DNA of 64,000 nucleotides from assembly GCA_963772835.1 (NCBI GenBank), contig CAVYYZ010000015.1, forward strand, positions 1 through 64,000, read 5' to 3'. The notes beneath the pieces were generated by a model that did not search any database, was not told where the DNA came from, and worked only from the letters and a program-made list of their open reading frames with translations. This DNA is from an uncultured delta proteobacterium. GTDB taxonomy: Bacteria > Desulfobacterota > Desulfuromonadia > Geobacterales > Pseudopelobacteraceae. Below, one piece after another: positions 47,192-56,559 of the stretch (positions are counted from its first letter, which is position 1; each line of letters begins with the position of its first letter). The translations under genes were made by a program, and so were the position numbers.

Positions 47192-48013
47192 TCAGCGGCG
47201 GTATTTTTTTGTCATATCAAGGATGTGTCTGACGCGGGAAACAACCCGTACCGGTTGAACCGGTTTGGGGATAAAATCGCTGAAACCGAATTCCAGAGCC
47301 TTCTGTTCGTCTTCAGTCGATGCTTTGGAGGTCAGCATAATAACAGGAATTTCAGAGGTCATCGGATTTGCTTTTAAGGCCCGCAGCAGGCCGAAACCGT
47401 CCATGCGCGGCATGACCGAATCGGTGATAATGAGCATCGGGCGTTCAGAAATAGCCATTTTCAGTGCTTCAAGTCCATCAACCGCCCGCAGGACCTTATA
47501 CCCTTCCTTAACAAGTGCCGCCTGGATGATAGTTGCAATAGGCGTTGAGTCCTCCACCACCAGAATAGCCTCCCCACCCTCGGAACTGCTCTTCAAGTAA
47601 TGCACTGATATCGCGTCCAGAATCTCTTTGCGGGTGGCAAGCACCGGAACGACCTGCAGTCCGGAAATACGACTCAGTGTTTCCATTGTTTCCAGATCAA
47701 AGGGGTCGGTGATTGCCACAGCCAGCATGGAATCTTTTTGTTTAAGGGGGAAAACCAGCTTCTTCATCGCGAAATCCGACGGCAGCAGGTCGAGTAGCTC
47801 CTGGGAATAGGTATGTCCGACAAAATTTTTGATCACCTTGAATTTGAACTGTTTGGACAGTGCGTCGACCAGTTCCTCTTCGGTAATGACCCCCATTTCT
47901 TCAAGCACAGCGCCCAGACGTTTTTTTTCGGATTTCTGGCGTACTAACGCCCGTTCGAGAGTTTTGTTGCTGATTATATCAGCCTCTACCAGTAAATCAC
48001 CCAAATGCTTCAT
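47192..48013 (-). CDS. MshEN/T2SSE_N domain plus receiver protein
   Basis: HLGDLLVEADII...ALVRQ and RLGAVLEEMGVI...ALSKQ repeats, VAITDP, C-terminal REC. Confidence 0.85.
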   Translation of the reverse strand: MKHLGDLLVEADIISNKTLERALVRQKSEKKRLGAVLEEMGVITEEELVDALSKQFKFKVIKNFVGHTYSQELLDLLPSDFAMKKLVFPLKQKDSMLAVAITDPFDLETMETLSRISGLQVVPVLATRKEILDAISVHYLKSSSEGGEAILVVEDSTPIATIIQAALVKEGYKVLRAVDGLEALKMAISERPMLIITDSVMPRMDGFGLLRALKANPMTSEIPVIMLTSKASTEDEQKALEFGFSDFIPKPVQPVRVVSRVRHILDMTKKYRR

Positions 48014-48138
48014 ATAATCCCGCCCTCAATGTACAATCAATCCAATCCGGAGTGGTTGTACCATAAATCTCCGGCTCACCTATAGCATTTTCAAGCGAAC
48101 ACCGCAATAATTCAGGGGCAACGGGCCAATCGGGTAAT

Positions 48139-48172
48139 AAAAAAGGCCCGAAAGAATCTCTTCCGGGCCTTT
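48139..48172 (-). terminator. Intrinsic terminator after rpmA
   Basis: AAAGGCCCG/CGGGCCTTT stem with a U-tract on the minus strand. Confidence 0.8.
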
Positions 48173-48193
48173 GAATGAGTTATAAGGTGAGCA

Positions 48194-48448
48194 TTAGTTC
48201 GGGTATACTGAAACCTTTTTGCGGTCTTTACCGAGGCGCTCGAATGCGACAACACCTTCGATCAGGGCAAAAAGGGTGTAATCTTTGCCGCAGCCGACGT
48301 TGTTGCCGGGGTGGATCTGTGTGCCGCGCTGACGATAAATGATGTTGCCGGCTTTTACGCTTTCCCCGCCGAATTTTTTGCATCCGAGGCGCTGTCCGCC
48401 TGAATCTCTGCCGTTCCTCGAACTACCACCAGCTTTTTTATGTGCCAT
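48194..48448 (-). CDS. rpmA: 50S ribosomal protein L27
   Basis: [16 protein letters not shown]...RQRGT. Confidence 0.98.
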   Translation of the reverse strand: MAHKKAGGSSRNGRDSGGQRLGCKKFGGESVKAGNIIYRQRGTQIHPGNNVGCGKDYTLFALIEGVVAFERLGKDRKKVSVYPN

Positions 48449-48491
48449 TTCCGTATCTCCCGGGAAAAATATTTATACTAATTTTGCTCGA

Positions 48492-48800
48492 TTATGCCGT
48501 AATCTTTTCGATCTTGAGAACGGTCAGATGCTGACGATGACCGCGCAGCTTTCGTGAATCTTTACGGCGCTTGGATTTGAATACGAGGACCTTTTTGCCT
48601 TTGCCCTGAACGGCAATTTTGGCTGTTACAGAAGCTCCGGCTACAAGCGGCGCGCCCACAACGGTCTTTTCTCCACCCACCATGAGTATTTCAGCGAATT
48701 CTATACTGTCGCCGATTTCACCCTCAAGTTTTTCAACCTTGAGAAATTCACCTTCGGTAACTTTGTACTGCTTTCCACCTGTTTTGATAACTGCGTACAT
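48492..48800 (-). CDS. rplU: 50S ribosomal protein L21
   Basis: [14 protein letters not shown]...GHRQ. Confidence 0.98.
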   Translation of the reverse strand: MYAVIKTGGKQYKVTEGEFLKVEKLEGEIGDSIEFAEILMVGGEKTVVGAPLVAGASVTAKIAVQGKGKKVLVFKSKRRKDSRKLRGHRQHLTVLKIEKITA

Positions 48801-48842
48801 AATACCATCTCCATCCGCTTTCTGATTTTTAAAGAGTTTTGG

Positions 48843-48871
48843 AATATAGATACATGAGCCTTACAAGTCAA
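48843..48871 (-). promoter_or_regulatory. Sigma70 promoter of rplU-rpmA
   Basis: Minus strand TTGACT-N17-TATATT. Confidence 0.7.
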
Positions 48872-48937
48872 GCAGAAAATTGCACACGTAAATATAATAT
48901 GCTCCGCACGTCAGGAATGCCAGGTTTGAGCGGGCCA

Positions 48938-50011
48938 TTATTCTCCGGGGAGGTCACCGAACAGTTCATCAAATATGGCCTTAACGGTTGTGATCCGCTC
49001 GGATTTCCATGCGTTTGTACCGCAAAAAACCAGGCCGGTCTCTACATCACCTCGCTGGGCACGATCAAGGGCGGTAACAATACAGAAGCGCTCACCCGAC
49101 TCCTTGTAAGAGCATTTTTTCAGGCAGCCCATCCTGCATGGGGTATGGTGATCAAGATCGTACTGGCGAATGTTCTCCTTATTGTTCAAAATAGCCCGCC
49201 CCGGCAGGCCGGCAGGGCTCATAATCAGACCGATATCCTCTTCGGTGCATTCAATATAGCGCTGCTTGAACTCGTCACTGGCATCACACTCCTCGGTACA
49301 GACGAAACGACTCGCCATCTGAACACCATCAGCTCCTTCAGCAAGCGCATGCTCAAGGTCTGCCCGGTCCCAGACGCCACCGGCGGCAATAACCGGTATA
49401 TCTGCGCCGCATTCATCGCGAAAAAAAGCTTTAATTTCACGTACCGTCGCGTACTGGTCATACACACCGATACCGATATTTTCCATTTTTTCACCCAGAT
49501 GCCCGCCTGCGGTGTCCGGGTCTTCCACCACCACCGCATCCGGCAACCGGTTGTAGGTTTTCCGCCACTTCCGCACGATGAGCTGGGCGGCACGCAGTGA
49601 CGAGACAATTGGTACCAGAGCCACATCGGGATGATCGGACGTGAGTTCCGGCAGCCCCATCGGGAGGCCTGCGCCACAGACAATTACCTTGGCGCCCCCT
49701 TCGATTGCAGCTTTGACAAGTGGCTCAAAATCGGAGAGCGCAACCATAACATTGACGCCGATAACACCGTCGGGAGCAATTTCGTAGGCCTTGCGCAACT
49801 CGGCTTTAAAGGCATCGGCCTCAGCCTGGAAAAAGTTTTTGCCATTATAGAGGCCGCTGTTGAGAGCAATGCCGGCGGCGGCAACCAGACCGACTCCACC
49901 GTTTTTAGCAACGGTGCCGGCCAACCGGCCGGCAGATATCCGTACACCCATACCTCCCTGGATAAGGGGATAGCGAACAGTATGCTTTCCAATTTTCAGC
50001 GGCTGTGCCAT
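48938..50011 (-). CDS. Nitronate monooxygenase/FabK-like flavin oxidoreductase
   Basis: LIQGGMGV, GAGLP, AGGHLG, IAAGG, GVQMASRF; GGAGG RBS. Confidence 0.88.
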   Translation of the reverse strand: MAQPLKIGKHTVRYPLIQGGMGVRISAGRLAGTVAKNGGVGLVAAAGIALNSGLYNGKNFFQAEADAFKAELRKAYEIAPDGVIGVNVMVALSDFEPLVKAAIEGGAKVIVCGAGLPMGLPELTSDHPDVALVPIVSSLRAAQLIVRKWRKTYNRLPDAVVVEDPDTAGGHLGEKMENIGIGVYDQYATVREIKAFFRDECGADIPVIAAGGVWDRADLEHALAEGADGVQMASRFVCTEECDASDEFKQRYIECTEEDIGLIMSPAGLPGRAILNNKENIRQYDLDHHTPCRMGCLKKCSYKESGERFCIVTALDRAQRGDVETGLVFCGTNAWKSERITTVKAIFDELFGDLPGE

Positions 50012-50184
50012 AATTCCTCCGGCTGTTAATTTTTGCCGCATCATAGCAAGGCTCTGCAATAGTGAATGTAATAGTTTTGTAAAATGAACCGGGGCTCCTT
50101 CAGATTGTACATGAATGTTTTTTCTGGACTTGTTGCACCGTTTTCACTAAAATTCACTAGTTTATTCATAATCGGGAGTTGCCA

Positions 50185-50541
50185 ATGGATCAGGAAAAAC
50201 TGGATTTTTTCAAAAACATTCTCTATGAAGAAATGAGAACATTACAGGGCGAAGCCGGCAAGACTGTAACGGAGATGACCACGGACGCTTTGAATTTTCC
50301 TGACCCCACCGACCGTGCCACGCAGGAATCTGATCGTAACTTCGAGTTGCGGATCAGAGACCGTGAGCGAAAACTGATCAATAAAATTAAAGATGCTCTC
50401 GATCGTATTGAATCTAAAGATTTCGGCATTTGTGACGATTGCGGCGAGGAAATCGGCGAAGCCCGCCTGAAGGCGAGACCGGTAACAACCCAGTGTATCG
50501 ACTGCAAGATGGCGGCCGAGGAAAAGGAACGTCGGGTATAA
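50185..50541 (+). CDS. dksA: RNA polymerase-binding protein DksA
   Basis: DPTDRATQE acidic tip, RIRDRERKLI, CDDC...CIDC zinc finger. Confidence 0.93.
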   Translation: MDQEKLDFFKNILYEEMRTLQGEAGKTVTEMTTDALNFPDPTDRATQESDRNFELRIRDRERKLINKIKDALDRIESKDFGICDDCGEEIGEARLKARPVTTQCIDCKMAAEEKERRV

Positions 50542-50578
50542 TTCCAATCTCCGCTCTTGACTGCGTGCAGGATCAGAT

Positions 50579-51967
50579 ATGAATAGTAATGATTCTCCAG
50601 AGTATCCTGAAAACAATACTGCACTGTCTGAATTGACTCTTCTGTATCAGTTCAGCAATACAATTCTTTCCACAATCCGTCTCAACAAACTCATACACCT
50701 CATTCTTACCGCTATAACCACACCATCTTCCAACCTGTTTGAACGCGCTATTCTGTTTCTGCGTAACGAAAAAACAGACGTACTTCAGGGCATGCTGGCA
50801 GTGTCCCGCCAACTTTCTGAGGGTCTGGAGATTGTCGGAGGAAAGGATGCTCTCGGGAGTCGATGGGAAATAAGTGATGAAATAATTTCCCAGCAGCGTT
50901 CAACTGAATTTTGTTCGCAGGTCCGCATGACGCGCATTGAAATAAATGATTCCTGCCCTCTCCTGCATCAGATCGTTTCAGAGCGGGCTCTCTGTCACTC
51001 CGATGAGACCGTTTGCCAAAAATGTACGGAGTGCCACTTTATTAAACTGCTCTGCGGCGGTGAATTTGCAGCGGTCCCCCTTGTTGCCCGCGAAAAGACA
51101 ATAGGCATGATCGTCGTCGACAATCCTGATTCCGACCGTGAGATATCAAATGACCGTCTTCATTTTCTGCAACACTTTGCCAACCAGGCCGGCATGGCCA
51201 TTGAAAATTCGACGCTCTACAGCCGCATCGAAGATGCCCATTTAAACCTGCAGGATGCCCGGGAACGACTGCTGCACGGCGGACGTCTTGCCGCCATCGG
51301 CGAGATGGCGGCAAGCCTGGCCCACGAGCTGAAAAACCCGCTTATCACCATCGGAGGCTTCGCCGGACGACTGCTCAAGTCACTTCCTTCTGAAGCACGG
51401 GAACACAAGTATGCCGAAACCATTGTCTCGGAAGTCGGCAGGCTGGAGAAAATGCTGGCTGATATCCTGGCGTTTTCCCGGAAGCCGACCATCTGCTTCA
51501 GCGCCTGCGACCTGGAGGAAATTATACTGGATTGCCTTGCAAGCGGCATTACCACCTTTGAGGACCATAACATACTGATTACATTTTCCCGGGACTGCGG
51601 TCCCTGGAAAGTTTTTGGAGATGCCCACCAGCTGAAACAGGTTTTTCTTAACCTGATACTGAACTCCTGTGATGCCATGCCGGAAGGGGGGGAACTGGCG
51701 CTGACTCTGAAAAACACCGCAAACGGCGGGAATACGGTTATTGTCGCCGTTGAGGACACCGGCGGGGGAGTTCCGAAGGAGATGCAGTCGCAAATCTTCA
51801 ACCCTTTTTTCACAACCAAACATCATGGCACCGGTCTTGGACTCGCGATTGCGAACCGAATTATTCTCAATCACTTCGGATCTATAGAAGTGCAAAACAC
51901 CGATCTGGGTGCCGTGTTTACCGTAACATTGCCGTTGGCAGAACATGCGGACCGTGATAAATTGTGA
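50579..51967 (+). CDS. GAF sensor histidine kinase
   Basis: GAF (AAVPL...IGMIVVDN), LAHELKNPL, QVFLNL, PFFTTK, GTGLGL. Confidence 0.9.
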   Translation: MNSNDSPEYPENNTALSELTLLYQFSNTILSTIRLNKLIHLILTAITTPSSNLFERAILFLRNEKTDVLQGMLAVSRQLSEGLEIVGGKDALGSRWEISDEIISQQRSTEFCSQVRMTRIEINDSCPLLHQIVSERALCHSDETVCQKCTECHFIKLLCGGEFAAVPLVAREKTIGMIVVDNPDSDREISNDRLHFLQHFANQAGMAIENSTLYSRIEDAHLNLQDARERLLHGGRLAAIGEMAASLAHELKNPLITIGGFAGRLLKSLPSEAREHKYAETIVSEVGRLEKMLADILAFSRKPTICFSACDLEEIILDCLASGITTFEDHNILITFSRDCGPWKVFGDAHQLKQVFLNLILNSCDAMPEGGELALTLKNTANGGNTVIVAVEDTGGGVPKEMQSQIFNPFFTTKHHGTGLGLAIANRIILNHFGSIEVQNTDLGAVFTVTLPLAEHADRDKL

Positions 51968-52054
51968 TAGATTCGTTCACGACATCATTTTCTGGCGAAC
52001 CTGAAAAGCACACTGAGAACGATCGTAAACAAATGCTGACATGCTGGATTTAGT

Positions 52055-52130
52055 GGGGCTGTAGCTCAGCTGGGAGAGCGATGCGTTCGCAACGCATAGG
52101 TCGAGAGTTCGATCCTCTTCAGCTCCACCA
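52055..52130 (+). tRNA. tRNA-Ala(CGC)
   Basis: 76 nt GGGGCTGTAGCTCAG...ATGCG-TT-CGC-AA-CGCAT...GTTCGA...AGCTCCACCA; G3-U70 Ala identity pair; encoded CCA. Confidence 0.97.
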
Positions 52131-52141
52131 ATACAAACAGA

Positions 52142-52176
52142 GGGGTTAGAGAATTTCTCTAGCCCCCATTGTTTTG
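52142..52176 (+). terminator. Terminator after the tRNA
   Basis: GGGGTTAGAG/CTCTAGCCCC stem followed by ATTGTTTTG. Confidence 0.65.
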
Positions 52177-52377
52177 CAATTAATTGCCATGCGGCAAATA
52201 TGCGGCATGAGAAGTATACTTTGTTCCAGCCTACAACTTTCAAGCAACACCTGAATTTATGGGCTTTTTGAGGCTCTTTGAATCGTTTATGAGTGTAAGT
52301 GTAGTGTGACTACTGGTGGTGGCTTTGGCGGGCTGTTTTGACGGTTGAAACTTGTTATTTGAACAGATGAGGATGCC

Positions 52378-52512
52378 CTATTTACCCTGATATGCTTCAG
52401 AGTGTCCCTTATGCTCCTCAAAGTTCCTGATGTATCTTTCCACAAGCGGCTTGTTCCCCTTCATCACTAAAAGGTTTTCAGCGTTCTTTTCTTCCGCCGC
52501 CTTGGTAAAATT
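52378..52512 (-). pseudogene. C-terminal remnant of a Nuc-like phospholipase D endonuclease
   Basis: Manual translation NFTKAAEEKNAENLLVMKGNKPLVERYIRNFEEHKGHSEAYQGK* resembles the GSxNFTxxA...NxENLL tail of PLD nucleases. Confidence 0.7.
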
Positions 52513-53227
52513 AGCTTGATAAATATATCTCCTCTAAGAACTCAACCAAATGATCCAATGCACCATAAGCAAAACGCCTCTCAACTGTCTTTGCCTTATG
52601 TAAAATATCGTTCGCACATCCTATTATTTTCTTGGCTCTATAATATGCGCCTTTACTTATTGCACTGCTTGTTTTCGCTTTGTCAAGCAGCATAGAAAAA
52701 CATATCTTCTCGGTTTCTAAAATCGATAATTTATCCTTCAAGACTATTTCTAATACTGTACGTGACAATGCAACACATGCACTGTATTGACCATATACGT
52801 AGCAAAATCTAGCTTCATTGCATATGTCTTTTAAGCCATTAGGTATATGTGTTCCTTTCTTTACATAAGGTGGCTTCAGGTCATAATAATTAGCCAGAAA
52901 GGTTCCTCTGTCTAAAATTCCGCCGTTCTCATGTAAATCCAGAATTTTATCTTGATGACTTTTCCACAGATCACCTATGTTATATTGTTCACGCATCTGT
53001 TGAACAATATCTTTTAGAAACGGATATTCAATTTCCCTTATCTCTATTCTATCGGTCTCGATCCATACTTCAATAAAATCCTCCATAAATTTTTCTCTGA
53101 GTTTCAGTAGTTCTGACTTATCTTCTGCTGAAACATGGATTTCACCATCAGTCATTTTCGCAATTTTTACGTCTAACTCCGATATTTCATGGGCTGTTTG
53201 AAGCAATTTCAGGTCGAAGTCATTCAT
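52511..53227 (-). CDS. Protein with a C-terminal DUF4145 (HEPN-related) domain
   Basis: EARFCYVYGQYSACVALSRTVLE...ANDILH pattern; GGAGG RBS; AT-rich. Confidence 0.65.
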   Translation of the reverse strand: MNDFDLKLLQTAHEISELDVKIAKMTDGEIHVSAEDKSELLKLREKFMEDFIEVWIETDRIEIREIEYPFLKDIVQQMREQYNIGDLWKSHQDKILDLHENGGILDRGTFLANYYDLKPPYVKKGTHIPNGLKDICNEARFCYVYGQYSACVALSRTVLEIVLKDKLSILETEKICFSMLLDKAKTSSAISKGAYYRAKKIIGCANDILHKAKTVERRFAYGALDHLVEFLEEIYLSS

Positions 53228-53346
53228 AATATCCTCCACATATTATCCTATTGGATGGCAAGATTATCTCTTAGCTGTCCGAGACAAATAGAAACCGCTA
53301 TAAATGAGTGTGTAGATGTCTTATCGTAGATAGGTTTTGCTGTAGA

Positions 53347-53748
53347 TTAACTCATTTTCCGCAAAGTTTTAATCAATTGCCAATTGGATTTTCCAGGAAG
53401 TCTACATTCCCAAAATATCCAGCCATTAACCATAGTACCAGTGATTGAACCAGCGGCTGATGAAGGTGAATCGAAGGGTTTTCCGTTAACAATAAGAAAA
53501 CCAGACTCAACTTTACCAACAATTGTCTGGTTCTTATAAATAGCCCGAAATTCTGTTCCAGCAGGAAAGGTGACTCCCTTTGATGTCCAAGACCCTTCAA
53601 AAGAGGTGTTTTCATGGCTTGGTGCCGGAGACACCGATTTGCTCAGGCCGAGTAATTCGCGAAGCACATCATTGTACGTTACGCTCTCTGTTGTGCGGCG
53701 AATAGTAAGCTCCTTGAAAACGTCAAAGTCGATGTCAATTGTGGTCAT
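53347..53748 (-). CDS. Small RHH-like N-terminus plus RAMA/DUF4357-like domain protein
   Basis: TIDIDFDVFKEL...TYNDVLRELL; FDSPSSAAGSITG...NGWIFW typical of RAMA/DUF4357. Confidence 0.7.
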   Translation of the reverse strand: MTTIDIDFDVFKELTIRRTTESVTYNDVLRELLGLSKSVSPAPSHENTSFEGSWTSKGVTFPAGTEFRAIYKNQTIVGKVESGFLIVNGKPFDSPSSAAGSITGTMVNGWIFWECRLPGKSNWQLIKTLRKMS

Positions 53749-53767
53749 GTCTTTCTCCTTTTAAGAT

Positions 53768-53816
53768 ATATAGTGCGTATAGTTCTTACAGTACTTAAAC
53801 ATCTGAATACTGTCAA
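53768..53816 (-). promoter_or_regulatory. Sigma70 promoter with three 9-bp-period repeats overlapping -10/+1
   Basis: Minus strand TTGACA-N17-TACTGT; GTACTGTAA GAACTATAC GCACTATAT. Confidence 0.55.
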
Positions 53817-53892
53817 GTTGTTTTTTATGATCAAATTTGAGATGTGCTGATTCTGACTACCTCCCATAATCTTCAAACCATCCGTTCTCTCA

Positions 53893-53921
53893 TTGCAAAG
53901 ATTGTCAAATAAACTTATAGT
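53893..53921 (+). promoter_or_regulatory. Sigma70-like promoter of the hsd operon
   Basis: TTGCAA-N17-TATAGT. Confidence 0.5.
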
Positions 53922-53971
53922 TCCCGACAATTACCAGTCCATCAATACGTCACCCACTTATAAGGAACATC

Positions 53972-55426
53972 ATGTTTGAACAGGCATTCAAGAATATAGA
54001 TGACGTTCTCTGGAAAGAGGCCGGTTGCGGCAGTGAGTTGGATTATGCAGAGCAGACTTCATGGCTTTTGTTCCTGAAATACCTTGACGGTCTGGAGCAG
54101 GACAAGTCAATGGAGGCAGAGCTTGAGGGTAAGGCGTACACCTTCATTCTCGATGAACCGTACCGCTGGGAGAGCTGGGCAGCACCCAAGACTTCAGACG
54201 GTAAGCTCAACCACAACAAGGCACTGACCGGCGATGATCTGCGGGACTTTGTAGACCGCAAGCTGTTCCCCTACCTACACGGCTTCAAACAGAAAGCCGG
54301 TGGCCCCAACACTATTGAATACAAAATTGGTGAGATTTTCGGGGAGATCAAGAACAAGATACACAGCGGTTACAACCTGCGTGAGATCATCGACCACATA
54401 GATGAGCTACGTTTCCGCTCCCAAACCGAGAAACACGAACTCTCCCACCTCTATGAAGCCAAGATCAAGAACATGGGTAACGCTGGCCGAAATGGCGGCG
54501 AGTATTATACCCCCCGTCCGTTGATCCGTGCCATTGTTCAGGTGGTGAAGCCAGAGATCGGCAAACGTATCTATGACGGTGCTGTTGGTTCGGCAGGCTT
54601 CTTGTGTGAGGCGTTCGACTACCTGAAGGCACAACCCAACCTGACCACCGACGACATGAAGATTCTGATGGAGCGTACATTCTACGGCAAGGAGAAGAAG
54701 TCTCTGGCTTATGTCATCGCCATTATGAATATGATTCTCCACGGCATTGAGGCACCCAACATCGTCCACACCAACACCCTTGCCGAGAACCTTGCAGACG
54801 TTCAGGAGAAAGACCGCTTCGACATCATCCTTGCGAATCCTCCCTTCGGCGGTAAGGAGCGTAAGGAGGTACAGCAGAACTTCCCCATCCGTACCGGCGA
54901 AACTGCTTTCCTCTTCCTCCAGCACTTTATCAAGATGCTCCGTGCCGGTGGTCGTGCTGGCGTGGTTATCAAGAACACTTTTCTCTCCAACACTGACAAC
55001 GCCTCAGTGAGTTTGCGGAAGCTGCTACTTGAAAGCTGTAACCTGCATACCGTACTTGATTGTCCTGGGGGTACGTTCCAAGGTGCGGGAGTCAAGACGG
55101 TGGTGCTGTTCTTTGAGAAAGGTGCACCCACCCGTACAGTATGGTACTACTCGCTTGACGTTGGTCGTAACATGGGCAAGACCAACCCGCTTAACGATGC
55201 TGACCTGATTGATTTCATAGAATTACAAAAGACCTTTGCTGATTCACCAAGAAGCTGGAGCGTTGATGTTACCGGCATTGACACAACCACCTATGACTTG
55301 TCAGTGAAGAATCCTGACGGTGGAGAGGTAATCATCCACCGTACCCCACATGAGATAATGGACGAGATTGCTGCTCTGGATGCTGAGAGTGCGGAAGTGC
55401 TGGCAAACATCAGGGTGCTGCTATGA
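53972..55426 (+). CDS. hsdM: Type I RM N6-adenine methyltransferase
   Basis: GEYYTPRPL, YDGAVGSAGFL (motif I), ANPPF (motif IV). Confidence 0.95.
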   Translation: MFEQAFKNIDDVLWKEAGCGSELDYAEQTSWLLFLKYLDGLEQDKSMEAELEGKAYTFILDEPYRWESWAAPKTSDGKLNHNKALTGDDLRDFVDRKLFPYLHGFKQKAGGPNTIEYKIGEIFGEIKNKIHSGYNLREIIDHIDELRFRSQTEKHELSHLYEAKIKNMGNAGRNGGEYYTPRPLIRAIVQVVKPEIGKRIYDGAVGSAGFLCEAFDYLKAQPNLTTDDMKILMERTFYGKEKKSLAYVIAIMNMILHGIEAPNIVHTNTLAENLADVQEKDRFDIILANPPFGGKERKEVQQNFPIRTGETAFLFLQHFIKMLRAGGRAGVVIKNTFLSNTDNASVSLRKLLLESCNLHTVLDCPGGTFQGAGVKTVVLFFEKGAPTRTVWYYSLDVGRNMGKTNPLNDADLIDFIELQKTFADSPRSWSVDVTGIDTTTYDLSVKNPDGGEVIIHRTPHEIMDEIAALDAESAEVLANIRVLL

Positions 55427-56559
55427 TGTCAGAGTGGGTAGAGAAGTCAGTCGGGGAGATTCTCCTGCTTGAGTATGGAAAGCCTCTTGATGACGCAGAT
55501 AGAAAGCCTGACGGCTTGTATCCAGTCTATGGCGCAAATGGAGAGAAAACCCGTACCGACAAGTATTATTCTGACAAGCCCAGTATCATTGTCGGTCGTA
55601 AAGGTTCAGCGGGTGAAATCAATCTGACAGAAGATAAGTTCTGGCCACTTGACGTAACATACTTTGTTACATTCGATGAACAGAAAAATAATCTCCAGTT
55701 TCTTTATTATCTGCTCGCTACGCTTGAGTTGCCAAATTTAGCGAAGGGTGTAAAGCCAGGCATCAATCGCAACGAAGTCTATTCTCAAAAGGTAGCGATT
55801 CCACCCCTTCCCGAACAGCATCGCATCGCCAGAATCCTAGATGAAGCTTTTGAAGGTGTTGCCACTGCCAAGACCAACGCCGAAAAGAACCTACTGAATG
55901 CTCGTGCGCTGTTTGAAAGCTACCTGAATGAAGTCTTTACTCAGAATGATGATGGATGGACAGAAAAATGTTTAGGGGATGTGTGTCGGTTTGAGAATGG
56001 TGATCGAGGAAAAAATTACCCCAACCGTGAGGAATATGTAGAATCAGGGATTCCGTGGATAAACACTGGGCACATAGAGCCTGATGGAACATTGTCCCTG
56101 AGCGAAATGAATTATATCACCGAGGTGAAATACAAATCACTTAGAAGCGGGAAGATTCAACCTGGAGATTTAGTATATTGCCTTCGAGGAGCAACGCTTG
56201 GCAAGACCGCTTTGGTCGATCCTTTTACGGTAGGAGCTGTGGCATCCTCTCTGGTTATAATTCGGCCAAGCAACTTGCTAGATAGCCGTTTCCTTTATTA
56301 CTATCTAACAAGTCCATACGGTCAAGGACTCATCAAACTCTATGATAACGGTGCTGCTCAACCAAACTTGGGTGCTAAAAGTGTTGCGAAATATGTTATT
56401 TCACTTCCATCAATTGCCGAGCAGAAGATCATCGTCAAAAAACTTGCTGCCATAGCCAGCGAAACACAACGTCTTAAATCCATCTACCAGCAGAAACTTG
56501 TCGCACTTGATGCTCTGAAGAAGTCGCTGCTGGATCAAGCCTTCACGGGGGAGTTATGA
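55423..56559 (+). CDS. hsdS: Type I RM specificity subunit
   Basis: Two TRDs with conserved regions IPPLPEQHRIARILD and LPSIAEQKIIVKKL, ending SLLDQAFTGEL. Confidence 0.93.
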   Translation: MMSEWVEKSVGEILLLEYGKPLDDADRKPDGLYPVYGANGEKTRTDKYYSDKPSIIVGRKGSAGEINLTEDKFWPLDVTYFVTFDEQKNNLQFLYYLLATLELPNLAKGVKPGINRNEVYSQKVAIPPLPEQHRIARILDEAFEGVATAKTNAEKNLLNARALFESYLNEVFTQNDDGWTEKCLGDVCRFENGDRGKNYPNREEYVESGIPWINTGHIEPDGTLSLSEMNYITEVKYKSLRSGKIQPGDLVYCLRGATLGKTALVDPFTVGAVASSLVIIRPSNLLDSRFLYYYLTSPYGQGLIKLYDNGAAQPNLGAKSVAKYVISLPSIAEQKIIVKKLAAIASETQRLKSIYQQKLVALDALKKSLLDQAFTGEL

